The notes beneath the pieces were generated by a model, which saw nothing but the letters and a program-made list of their open reading frames with translations, made no database searches and was not told the origin of the DNA. This document shows, piece after piece, positions 50,921 to 64,000 of a stretch of DNA of 64,000 bases. This DNA comes from Macrostomum lignano (lineage: Eukaryota), in the NCBI GenBank assembly GCA_002269645.1, contig NIVC01000085.1:62001-126000 (forward strand), written 5' to 3'. A program made the translations under genes and the position numbers. The stretch's first letter is position 1. Every line of letters starts with the position of its first letter.

Positions 50921-53900
50921 CTAATGCGAAAACATGTCTTTGCACGTTGCGCAACAAAAACCTGGATCGGTCGACCCTTCGACGCATTCTGTGTGATACC
51001 AACGAAGACAGGAGGGACATTCAATCTAGAAATGAAGGGGTGAGCGAAAATTAACCGCATTATGCTGTAAGCACAACTCGACTGCATATTCGATCGACTG
51101 CATCTTAAGCTGGAGTTCAATCTGTATGACTGCTTTAAGCAATCTGCTTGGCAAAAGTGAAATTCGTAGTTAAAAAAATAAAAAAAGGAAAATTACTCGT
51201 ATTTTACCCAATTTATGCGACGACTAACGCCCGAAGCGTCAGGTTCTGTGTTGCTACAGGCTGAGCACTCTTCCTGCGTTCCTCCATAGCTGTAGGCCTG
51301 GATCACATTCCAGATATACTGTCTGTATCTTCCGAGAGCCGTCGGATTGTTCTTGAACCGGAGACCAGAACCAAGAGCTAATGCCCTAGCGTACAGGCAT
51401 ACAAACACTCCGCAACTATGACCATCAGATTGCATTGTTCTCGACATTGTGGCCAGCTCATATGGCTTCGATGTGCTGCTGGTGAATACCGGAGCGCTTT
51501 GGTCAACAAATGCCATTATTCCATCGGAAGCCAATATGCGGCTAGAAAGTTAACAGAAATTTTACAGATTTGCCACATCAGTACTTAAGTTCACTTTTAT
51601 TTATTCTCTGGACATGTACACAAACTATTGTACTCACTTCCATTTGCGAATTAGAACATGAAACTCTTGCTTCTCTTGCGCATTACGCCGAATCGAATCC
51701 AGCACAAAGACCTTTCGTTCAACGCCGCAAATAACGATCAAGTAAAAATGCCCGCTGTTTAAAATAGGCACAATTATTTGATTCAGGCCCTGCAACATCA
51801 AGAGAGCAAATAATTTTATACCTCAAATTGGTGCATGCGTAAGATTTTCATTGAGAATTCACTACAAGTGTACAAATTTATTTTGCATCAAAAACGACAT
51901 TATTGTTTCATTAACAGAACTTGCCTTCCATCCGAGAGTTCTTCTCAGCAAGTTCTGGACTCCATCGTTGAACTCATCTCCTGATAGATTCAATATGTAG
52001 TAAAAGTCGCCCTCACTTATTACAATCCTTTGGGCGTTGTTCGATGTGATAGCAGTGCAATAGGCCAATAAAATCTATCGCGAGTAATGCAAGAGGGACA
52101 GGAAAAGATAATGGTGAAAATAGGTCATAAGTCAACTGAATTTTCTATTGTAAGTATTTACGTATACTTACTTAAGTATTTATTGTAAGTAAGTAAGTAT
52201 TTATGAAAATACTTACCGTGTAGTCTAACAGGTTGCTTCCCAACAAACTTTGACGATGCTCTTGCGTTACGGGAATATCCGTTCCAGAGCCAGGAAGGGT
52301 GAAGAGAATCTGGCTATTATCGCTTTGCACCGTTCTTCCTTTCTGCCGCGTGCTCCTCTTGCTTTGCCACCTGCTTCTACTGTTATCTGCGGTTCCATTT
52401 TGACTGGAATTTTTATTGGGTCTGTTCCTACCAGCTGTGCATCCCGGAAGTTTTGATTTTGGGTTGCTCTGTTGGGACTGACTGCTACTCTTTTCCGTTT
52501 CGTCAGGATCGGCGACATTAGCAAAATACTGATTGCTACTAGTATCTGAGTATCTTGAACGCTTGCTATTTCTCGACCTTTTTTGCCAACCTTCAGTTGC
52601 AGCTTCTTCTGAGATTGATGACTTCCTTTTTCTGCAAAAACTTGGAGCAGGTACTTTGCTCGAGATGGTGCACTCTGAAACTCTACGAAGTACAAAGGGT
52701 ACATAATTCTCTACGAAGGTACTCAGCCTGGACTTGGTGTTAAATCGACTTTTCACAGAAGAAAACCAACTCTCCACATGAGCATTTGAGTAAAAAGACT
52801 TTGAATTTTTAGCAATCAAATGATTCCATGTAAATATAGCCCATAGAGGGAGGATGGACAGGTATCTAAGCAAGAAAAAGTTTATCAATCGAGGGTTGTA
52901 GAATTCATTATCTGTCAGATGCGAATGACCGGTTTTATGCGCGAGAGTATTTTGAATTGTGGTAAATTCCTTTTTAAAGTATTCGTAGTATGGAGAATTT
53001 TTCAGTATCGCGTCACCTTCCGCGTTCATACTTGCATGATCCTTGTCTTGAAGTATAAATGAGTCTTTGTTGATTGATTCGGAATACTCTGGAACATGGC
53101 CATCTCTCAGAAAATTTGCTACCCTAGTTCTAGCAGCAACGGTTTGCTCGGCATACGGAGATCCAAATATAATAAGCGTGTCCATGATGAAGTTGACGGA
53201 TAGTTTTTGCGTACTGGAATACTGAATTAAAGAAAATAACTTCAAAAATAGCTGACGGCTTCGCTGGTTCAAGGAGTGTTTTTTGCAGTGGTCCGAAATT
53301 GACTTTATAATATGATTGCTACACAGAAAAACGCCATATTGAATCTCGCTAGGGGTGTCCGTAATAAAGTAATTGTAATGCATTTGGATGTACGTTGTCA
53401 CGTCCGTGTGGTGGAAGTCTAAGCATGAATGAATTTGCGCCCATGAAAAGTCGGAAATAAAAAGAATATTTAGGTCAACAGAAAAAGGTGAGTTTACACA
53501 GTGCAGAATTCTATGGCGGAGGAGTTTTAGAAAGTGAGAAATGGATGCAACGTTATGGGAGTCTGTAATCATATTCCCAACTGGCGACGATGGAACAGAA
53601 TCAGTAGCAGTTGTGATGACAGAATAGAGTAGAACAGGATGAGGTGAACAGTTTTTTTCTATTAACGAGCCAGTAGCGTCGATATGCAGCACTGTTGGAG
53701 TACGAGCTGACATAATTGCTCTAAGAAGCTGTATTTCAAGGTTGGACAATAATACAACACGTAGTGGATCTAAACTACGCTCCATTATGACTCCAGGAAA
53801 AATCGGATGCGGATATCGAAGTTTAAAAATGTCTTGTAGACCTCCAAGCTCAACAAAAAGAACAGAGTGTAACCTCTCGTCTTTCTCCATTTTACTTTTT

Positions 53901-54820
53901 AAATTATACATCACAGTTTTGGCTTTGCACGCATCAAAGTTGCACGACAGAATGAATGGTAAATTTTCGATCGCAAGAAAGCGTCTTCTGAATGCTTCAA
54001 CGGCACCGGCCTCTTTTATATCGTCGTAAATTTCACGTTTTTCTGATTCGGTCGTTCTACGAAAACAACTAGCCGTAGCATCTTGATGGTTTAACCTTCC
54101 CGTGATAATAACCTCCCAAGACCATGTTGTTCCGTCAACACGTGGTGGTCTTCTCATTATTAAAGCGTAATTTCTTCTGCATCCTTCAATTTTGCATTCC
54201 GCTCTAATTGTCCAAAAATTCTGCTTACTTTTTCTTGAATTCTGCTTTCGAATGTGATTATAGCCCGTCATCCTCAAACAGCACGTAGCGACTTGTCGCA
54301 TAGCACGGCAAACTGCTTCATTAAGAAAACTTTTTGAAAACGTATACTTTGGTCCAGATTGACTATCTTCCACCGATAGGTTAATTTTGCAGATATCACT
54401 CTCCGATAGTTCGATCCGATTCTCCCCAGTTTCATCAGAACTTTCCTCAACTTCTGGTGGTTGTTCGTTTGACGTCGATTGTGATGAGCTTGTAGCATTC
54501 AAATCTACTTGTACACGCGTTGTTCTCTCTTCTCTATTCTCTGCGTTGCAAAAATCTTCGCTTTTCTGTCCATCGTCGTTTTCTACTATAGGGTCGCTGG
54601 GTTCATAAATCGTTTTATCAGCCTGACGTCTCCCGTTTAACGTTGAATGTTTTTGGCCAGCTGTATTATATGCACGTCTATTTTTCGATCTCTGAGCTTT
54701 CTTTCCTTGGACTTTTCCAGTCGGTTTATTTTTCTTGCTCTTCTGGCTACATGCACTGTTGGAACGTCCTGCAGCATCAGTCGTCTCAGTTGACTGGGGT
54801 ACATGTAGCGACCTATTCAT
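50921..54820 (-). CDS. Mutator-family transposase fused to a Ulp1/C48 cysteine protease and a PHD finger (5 exons, 1114 aa predicted)
   Basis: complement(join(50921..51025,51208..51541,51638..51789,51925..52074,52217..54820)) = 3345 nt, open throughout. Motifs: C-x4-C…H finger, LHIDATG, ISDFSW, LCSNH, FYNP…LPLW, SNAHVESWF; protease LLDYTILLAY, SGHFYL, VLDS, QSDGHSCGVF; PHD CSAC…W|IECPSCLRWYHTECV…CCATC. The ATG at 54820 is an inference. Confidence 0.85.
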
Positions 54821-55499
54821 TAGACCCCAAAGATATACCCGCGATCGCAGTCGGTTTCGAATTTTGAGTGCCCGACATAAGAACACATAAAGTGGTGTAG
54901 AGTGACGAAAGCCAGTTGGAGGAGGATAAATTCTACTGGCTTCTACCAGGACAGATTGAGCCTAAAATAGGAATAACCCATTTAAAATTACGGATAAAGA
55001 TCCAGTTTCGACATTGCATGCATTCAGAAAGTTATGAAACTGCAAATACCTGCTCTTTTGATGGCAGTCCAAAACAGAAAGTTACTAGAATTGTGGTCAG
55101 TACTACGAAGAAAAATACGAGTCCACGAGTCCACATATTTGAAAAATTCAATGGTCAGTTAAGTTATTGCTTATATAGAATCTAGTATTCGTTCAAGAGA
55201 AAATGAGAAAATTTACTTAGAATTGAAATTAAAGAAGCAACTAGTAAGTGGGACGCAGGGACCAAGCGTGCAGGTCTACATTTATCAGAGATTAAACTAA
55301 AAGAGAGGGGTGGGGAGTGTGCTGATAGAAAAATAGGGGTGGGTGCGCGACTAAAGAAAGAGACGATAATAAATAGCCAATCAGAATGCAGCAAGGGAGA
55401 GAGATAGCTGGACAGAGAGGCAAAAAACAGTAAACAGGACGAGTGCACATGAACTGAAGATAGATATAAGAAAGTAGCTACGCAATATAGGTTGTTAGA

Positions 55500-55635
55500 C
55501 TGCTGGAGTGCAGTGGAGCTGGAGATACACAAATTCCTCTCAGGGCTGCAAATTGGAGGAGAAAGAAGAGAGATGAAATGAGGAGAAGAGAGAGTAGAAA
55601 GTAGAGATGAGAGAGATGAGATGAGACAGAGAGAG

Positions 55636-55726
<91 letters not shown>

Positions 55727-57093
55727 AGAGAAGAGATAGATGAGATGGGAGAGAGAGGGAAGAGGAGAAAGTAGAGATGAGAGAGAAGAGAGTAGAGATT
55801 AGAGAGTGGAGAGAGAGGAGAGAGGAGAAAGTAGAGATGAGAGAGAAGAGATTAGAGATTAGAGAGTGGAGAGAGAGGAGAGAAGAGATTGGAAGAGAGG
55901 AGTCATAAGAGGGGAAAGAAAATAGTACAGAGGAGAGATTTGAGAACATATAAGAGTAAAGATAACAGAATAGAGAGTAGAGATGATCGAGAGAGCAGAT
56001 ACGAGAGTGAACAGACGACAGATGGTAGAATAGAGAACAGCGGAGATAGAAGTGATAAGAGAGAATCTATTACAGACACGAAAGCAGAGAGGAGAGACAA
56101 AGGGAGAGAGAGAAGTGGAGTGAGGAAAGAGGAGAAAAGATGGGAGAGAATCGAGAGCAAAAGGGAGAGAGGGGAAAGGGAGAGACAGGGGAGAGGAGAG
56201 GAAAGAGAAGAACGGAGAGGGGAGAGAATATAGTAAGGAGATGAGAGATGGGAGAGCAGAGAACAGAGAGATGAGTGGAGAGATAAGAGCGAGGGAGAGA
56301 GAGATGGAGAGGAGAGGTGAGAGTAGTGGAGGAAGTTGAGAGAGGAGAGATGATAAAAGGAGACTACAGATCAGATAATGAGAGAGAGTATGAGGCAGGA
56401 AAGATATATTACAGAGGATTGAGACGAGAGAGGAGAGAGTAAAGAGATGATAGAAGAGATGAGAGACGAGAGCAGATCGGGGGAGAGTAGAGAGAAGAGA
56501 TCGGAGAGAGGAGAGAAGTGGGAAGTGTCAAGAAAGAGGGGAGAGTGAGGAGTGAGAATTTATACAGAGGGGAGAGAGAATAGAGAGTAGAGAGCAGAGA
56601 TAAATAAGAAGAGATAAGAGAGCAGAAAATAAGAAGAGAAAGGAGAGATGATAAAGCAATGAGAGAGAAGAGAGTAGAAAAACCAAAGAAAGATAAGGAG
56701 AGACAAGAAAAGATCGGGGAGAAGGAAGAAATAAAGGAGAGAGGAAAAAAGAGATGAGATGAGATGGGAGGGAAAGGATGAGAGACGATAGAGAAGAGAG
56801 GAAACAGTAGAGAATTGACTGAAGTTTCAAAGGAATCTAGGGACGTAGGGAGGCGCAGGGACAGAGGCCGGAGTTTGCCAATACTTGTTTTAAGACAGAC
56901 ATTGCCTGACATTCTTGGGCAACACCACAAGCCAACATGTGATTAATGCTTGCCTCAAATTCTAATTTTATACGAACTTATACTCCACTTTTATTTTTAA
57001 CTCTATCCTATAATTATTAACAAGTTCTGTGTTTGAGTATAACTTCATATTCTGGAACACAAGCAAAAGTAGTTCCGGCTGGGATTGGAATTC
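55500..57093 (+). mobile_element. Helitron-family composite fragment with GA-rich tract, nested in the Mutator element
   Basis: TGCAGTGGAGCTG…GGGCTGCAAATTGG, a purine tract, and the 3' segment …GTTTGCCAATAC…AAAAGTAGTTCCGG…GGGATTGGAATTC, all shared with 19225-22072. Confidence 0.75.
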
Positions 57094-57675
57094 ATATACA
57101 ATGCATTATAAATACGAGCACCTTTAAAACTCTTGCCATTCCGCTTTGCGTGGTCTGATGGACTTGAAGTTTCACAAAGATGTTTGTTTTGTGTGTAATA
57201 ATTTTTCTGTAAATTTTCATGCAAATCCGAGCTGTACAAGTGTTGCAAATGGGCATACATGTTATACACTGTGCGCATATACAATGCATTATAAATACGA
57301 GCACCTTTAAAACTCTTGCCATTCCGCTTTGCGTGGTCTGATGGACTTGAAGTTTCACAGAGGTGTTTGTTTTGTGTGTAATAATTTTTCTGTAAATTTT
57401 CATGCAAATCCGAGCTGTACAAGTGTTGCAAATGGGCATACATGTTATACACTGTGCGCATATACAATGCATTATAAATACGAGCACCTTTAAAACTCTT
57501 GCCATTCCGCTTTGCGTGGTCTGATGGACTTGAAGTTTCACAGAGGTGTTTGTTTTGTGTGTAATAATTTTTCTGTAAATTTTCAAGCAAATCCGAGCTG
57601 TACAAGTAGGTTTATTTTGTTGCATTTGTTAGAAATTGAATATCAATACGAATATCTATGGGGAAACAGATACGT
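57093..57675 (-). repeat. Right TIR (inverted copy, ~2.8 units of 183 bp)
   Basis: Reverse complement of the outer part of the left arm; inner part replaced by the Helitron-family fragment. Confidence 0.92.
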
Positions 57676-58949
57676 CAAGTTATGTTACTCTACAAATTTT
57701 CTCATATCTATTTTTATTGAGCTTTAAACATTCCGCAGTTATTAAAACTAACCCAAATTAAATAATAAATAATTTTTCGTACTAACACAATTCCCACTAG
57801 CAAATTTATTACAGTCTTTTTTAATGAAGCCTTTTTAATTGAATATTTTTAGTTCCCCAATGGTTCGCCAAAGTAGATAACTGTTAGGTTACCCTAAAAA
57901 GGGCCGTTTTGAAGATTTTCTATTTGCTCTATAACGAAACGGAGCAATGGCACATAAATTCAAGAAAACGGACTAAACTAAACTTTTGTTGTGCACTACG
58001 GTGCCGGCTCTCACAAGCCTGTTGCTGGCGAGTGGCGAGCCTTGGTAACAGTAATCATATCTAATTAATCATTTATATTTGACAGCGAATTCAAAATTAA
58101 TAGGCTCTAAAACACCAGTAGTAGTATATAGTAAATTAAGAGTTTTAAGTTGTTCGAAGAAAAATTAAGTAAAATCCAGGATCTCCATTCGCCAAGTAAG
58201 AATTTATGCTGTGGCCTTAAAAGGGCCGTTTTAATATTTACTTTGCTTTTAAATTGCTCTGCGGAGCAATGCAGGTACACAAAATTCAAGAACACAGGCT
58301 AAATACTCGTAGTAAAATAGCGTCCGTTTGTGGCTGGCACTAGGAAATTCAATCCCCAGGGACACTCCCCGGGTACCCCTGGGGGGGGGGGGGGAGAATT
58401 TTCATCAACTCTCCCCGGGGAATTGTTTTGGGCCTTCAGGATCCCCGAGAAGAATGGGAAAGGGAAGTACTCAAAGAAACTGATGTAGCAACATTTTAAA
58501 AACTGAGTGTACTTAATTTCAAATTACAATGCATATAGTGGTAAATTAAAAACAGCCTTAATATATATGTACATGTACATGTAACAAGTAGTATAAATTA
58601 AGACGCACACGTCTTTTACCAGTCTAAGGCCCAAGGCCTTTCTACGAGTACTTGTACTGTACGTTTTTGTTCACCGTTAATGTGCAGATTGTTTAGTACA
58701 GTCTAGAGATTGCAAGCATTATAATTGTTTATTTAACAGAAAACCACGGTATAGCTACAACATACGTGGTAATGAAAAAATTGCAACTGCACTTTACGCT
58801 CGTACACAGCTCGAAAATTGCATATATAAACTGTCGATCGAGGATTTTGTGGATGGGGGGGCAGGTTAAGCCAAGAGTTCTACATGTACATGTATATGAC
58901 TAAATTCCTACATGTACATTATTTTGAAAATCAGTGTTGGCAGCGCTCG

Positions 58950-59410
58950 TTTTAGCGCCGCAGACACTCATTTTGGCGCCGCAGGCACTCTTTTTGGCGC
59001 CGCAGGCACTCATTTTAGGCGCCGCAATGCTTTTTGGTGCCTCTGGTGCCGCAGGCACTCATTTAGGCGCCGCAGGCACTCATTTAGGCGCCGCAGGCAC
59101 TCATTTAGGCGCCGCTGGCACTCATTTCGGCGCCGCTGGCACTCTTTTTGGCGCCGCAAGCACTCCTTTTGGTGCCACAGGCCACTCTTATGCGCCACAG
59201 GCACTCATTTAGGCGCCGCAGGCACTCATTTAGGCGCCGCAGGCACTCATTTAGGCGCCGCAGACACTCATTTCGGCGCCGCTGGCACTCTTTTTGGCGC
59301 CGCTGGCACTCATTTAGGCGCCGCTGGCACTCTTTTTGGCGCCGCAGGCACTCATTTAGGCGCCGCTGGCACTCTTTTTGGTGCCACAGGCACTCATTTT
59401 GGTGCGAGAG
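58950..59410 (-). repeat. 21-bp minisatellite GGCGCCGCWGGCACTCWTTTW
   Basis: About 20 copies; the reverse complement resembles the 38440-38655 unit. Confidence 0.9.
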
Positions 59411-59619
59411 ATGCTATTTGCCCTGAAGCTATAAATTACTGATTTTCATAACGGGTCACAAGGTGCATGGGGTGGGGGTGGGATGAGAAAGCACTGGAAT
59501 GTTAATTAAAATCTTCTCAGCTTAAAATGCTTCCGTTGTGCATGGGTAGAACGTTTCTTTTCTCACAGTAAAAATCAGCATTTATTTATGAAATTCAACT
59601 ATACTTGACTTACTTGACT

Positions 59620-60448
<829 letters not shown>

Positions 60449-63400
60449 AGAGATTCGACGTAGTACGAATTGGCCGAATAGTGAATTCAGCGAGTCGGCA
60501 AATCGGCAAATCGGGATTCTGATGGGTTTCGACCTTCGGGCTCCTTGTTAGGGAAGCCTTCGGGCCTCAGGCTCAGAAATAAATCAATTAGAGACCTGGT
60601 CCCCCACTCCTGTCAGATGGTCAGCCCCATGGTAGCTTGATCGTGTGGCGAGCAGTCTAGGTCCTATAGCTAAGAGAGGGACAGCGAGAGACGAGCAGGG
60701 AGAATTTTGAAAGTAGAAATTAGCTAATCCGCAGATCAACTAACTTGCTGCCACCAGCCCGTGCGCCCTGGCTCACCACACCGGGACTCTCGAAATCGGG
60801 CTTCCGACTAGAAGGGGCTTTGCACTTACCTGCCAACTAGTGTCTTTTTGCTGTCAATCTCGAAGTCATAGCCGATGATAAGGGACACTGCTGGGACTAG
60901 ATCGCATTGGCCATGCAGGTACAGAGGGGACTTGTGCAGGGGATTCTTGCGGTGGCGAGTCTATGGGGTAGCTACATGTACTATTACATTGCTAAATACG
61001 AAGATATGTACTTTTGGCCTTCAACGCGCCAACTAGCCTCTCATAGCGCTGATGATAGGCTAACTCGAACTTCAGAGACCGCATGATTCATTTACCCGAG
61101 CCGCTTGGCTACCCTAGAGTGCATAAAGTACATCTCTGGCGCCGATTCTGCACTTCTGGCAGTTTTTCCCACTGATTTGATAGATTGGTCGACTGAGAAC
61201 TGCCTTGCCATTGGTCCACTGTGACCGGCGCCTACTAGCTTAGCTACTCATCTGAGCCATCGGCGAACAAAGAAATAAAACCGATAAAAATAACTGTTGG
61301 ATTTAACCTTCTCCTTAGTTCACTTCACACTTCAGATTGAATTGGAGTCTTAGACTACTAACAGTATTATTAAGTGACTTCTGCCCCAATAACAGCACTG
61401 CTGAACAAAATGAGCAAAAGTGTGCGCCTAATCCAGCTACTGAAACAGGGGACAGATAAGGAATCGCCCAATCAAGCAATACTAGGTAGCCTCTCACCCA
61501 ACCAATCAGAAACTCAACAGCCGGAGACCAGGTAATCCACAGTGACCGAATCGGCTCGATGCTCTGCAGCTGTAGACTCGGGATGATGCTGTCACAATCT
61601 TCGCTGTTAGATAGCAGGTGATGCTCTTAACTTGATGTTCGCTGCTGATGACCGGGGGACTCGTCCTTGATGATGATGGGGGGAAGTCGCAATCCGGGGA
61701 TCAAGAAACGACGGTCGTGCTCCGGGAACCAGAAGTTGCGCGCTGGGCCCGAGCCCAAAGTTGAGTCCGAGCGGGCCAAAAACTCCGGTTTAAATAGCCG
61801 CCAACTGGACCGCAGTTTGTTATAATGGAACACGTCGATTCTGATTGGCTGAGCCGTTTTGTTAAAATGAGCGCCGAATTTTCTGATTGGCTAAGCTTGT
61901 TGCTACCCAGAATCACGTGACCGGGAGATCCTATCAGTTCCCACAGGGTCGTAAAAAGATGACAGGTGCGGCCATAAATCACTCAAAATCGCAACAAAAT
62001 GATTTATGACTTTTCGCGTACGATTGATAGAAATTGTTGAAAAAATATAAATTAGAAAGCTCTTATTAAATAGAAAGTGAAGATAATGAAGAGAAATCGC
62101 TAATCGCTAATCCCAAAGTACGTTTAGGGGTAAAACGCATAGCTGTCAAAGCTGTCACACGCTTGAGTGAACACGAACAATAGGCTCTGACCTCATAAAT
62201 CTTGATGGCCTGTCAAAATGATGAGAAAAAAGCTACCGCCCGCATCCTCTCAGACCATCTGGCGCCCGTTTCAACACTGAGTGAGGCGCAGGTGGCTGTC
62301 AGACCAACTTTGAAAGCGATGATTTATGACCCAAAAAGCTGCGCCTATGTTATTATGACTACACTAGTATGACCAGACATTATATCTAGTATAGATTCTA
62401 TGAAAATTCGCAGAAAAAGGATAAAAATGCCCATCGCCCACTGTTAGTAGGCAAGTAAGTTTGAGCCCATGTGCTAGCGCGGGATTTGGGAAAAAGTGCG
62501 TCCTCATCAGAATAATCCGAGAAACGTTTCTTATAATTTATCTGAGTATATATCTTAGTATTTAGTCTGAGTATTTAGTCTGAGTATTTATACGCGTCCT
62601 TCTCTGGAGCCTTTGAGTTGGTGTTCTCACTTTCTTACGATAGAGGTCTAGCGGTTTAAGGTTCTTACAGCTCTTAGTCTCTCCTATCAGGCCGTCAGAG
62701 AAGACCGTATAAACTGACGGGATCTCCTAGTATCTAAGCTGAGTTGGAGTCTCCCTAAGATCTGTTCTATGTCACCGTTAAGGCAAATGATCGATTCGAG
62801 ACTCGGGTTTCTGTCAACTGGATAATCCAGAAACTAATTCAAATGGAGCAATTCGAGATCGAAAACTGCGCAGGAAAAAAACGAGGCGCCGCTCCAGTTT
62901 GAGATGAGCGTCTATTTGTACCAATTAGCATGGTTGGCCTCCCCCGCCGCCGGTGGGGTGTCTTCGCGTTGTTAGCAACGGCGGGGGGTTTTGAGCAATA
63001 ACAAACTGGGACTCAGTCCCCTAATTGTGCATGAATTTAGTTAGTTCTAGTAGGTTGCTAGGTGTGAAGGTTAGAGATTATTCGGGCTTTCGCAAATCTA
63101 TGTGTTGAGTTGGATGAAATTTGGGATAGAAAGATTATAGAAAAAGTGCTTAGTTTTCCGTCTCTACACTCTGTTCATGAATGGTTAAATAGTCCTCTGT
63201 TTCTCTCGGTTGTCAGGCAGCTTGGGGTTGATCTCGCCTTCTTGGGCAGCTTCGGGTTGGGTAGGAGTCTCTAGGTGGGCCTCACGTTTTCTCCCTCAGG
63301 GTGCGCCCGAAGATGCCGCGTGCCGCGTTGTTCTCTAAGCTGGCCGCTGCTCAGTTTGCTTTTCCCGGCCGGTTTAGTCGCCATTGTGCCTGCGGCGGGG

Positions 63401-64000
63401 TGACGCTACTAACTGGAATGAAAAGGGGCTTTGTTAGATTCGGCTATTCAAATTGACTTGACAGTTGATTAATTATCTTAAAGCTGATTCTGTTTGCTCT
63501 TCTAATGGCTGTCTAGGGGTTCCATTGTACTCTTCTGCCTCGCCCTTCACTGCGCCTGGGCTTTTCATGAATTTCTACCTATCTTCTAACTTAGGGTCAA
63601 AACTTCAGATTTCTAACTCTTATAGTATTTATCTGAGTATTATTCTTGGAAACTATAGCCCTTATAAGTATTATTCCTCTGTTATTCTGGTAGCGTTTAC
63701 TGTACTTTTGGCCTGAGTGGTCTATTGGCTGTACTGGTATATGTATTCCATGTACTTTGCAAGTCCTTGGGCGTTACCGAGATCAGAGGGTCACAGCCTC
63801 CGGTTATTCTTACACATATCACTTCAGATCTACTTCGTATTCTCTTACTACTCAATACTGCTGCTTCTCAATAGTATGTACTGTATACGCTTCAGTCTAT
63901 TTCACTCTTCGTAAAAGGAATTAACACAGAAAGCACTTCTTCAATTCTTATTTTCTCGGAACTCTTACTATTCGCTATCAATCACTTATTGCAGAACCGC

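Larger units (their letters stand above)
48779..57675 (-). mobile_element. Autonomous-type Mutator/Foldback (NOF-like) DNA transposon, 8897 bp
   Basis: TIRs begin ACGTATCTGTTTCCCCATAG; 9-bp TSD CAAGTTATG (48770-48778, 57676-57684); modular arms; transposase gene inside. Confidence 0.93.

Noticed and set aside
50263-51120. Second gene inside the Mutator element (ORFs 50263-50574, 50617-51120, 50662-51054)
   Set aside because: They overlap or shadow the PHD exon and its 3' region; no motif or consistent splice model was found.
60450-64000. Coding potential near 62760-63000 and a possible further retroelement
   Set aside because: Only short stop-interrupted frames, with no recognisable domain or termini.

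Overview
Repeat-rich eukaryotic DNA, probably animal: it has spliceosomal introns, and an LTR primer-binding site matches animal initiator tRNA-Met. The species cannot be determined from the sequence. No rRNA, tRNA or CRISPR features were found. Host-type genes: a two-exon class-I glutamine-synthetase-like gene (1139-2835) with an altered ammonium site, and a phase-consistent five-exon orphan gene model (28472-32090). The rest is mini/microsatellites and nested transposons. These include a young 4.7-kb Ty3/Gypsy element with identical LTRs and a canonical -1 frameshift signal, inserted in a 19-bp satellite that resembles its own LTR end; a 1.3-kb TRIM-like LTR element; Helitron-like composites carrying GA-rich tracts; Penelope, RTE and I/LOA-like retroelement fragments; and several Mutator/Foldback-type elements with 9-bp TSDs. 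The standout is an 8.9-kb Mutator/Foldback (NOF-like) element (48779-57675). It has long tandem-repeat TIRs and a reconstructed five-exon gene predicted to encode a 1114-aa fusion of DDE transposase, Ulp1/C48 protease (catalytic residues intact) and PHD finger. All gene models, alignments and domain calls were made by eye, with no database search.
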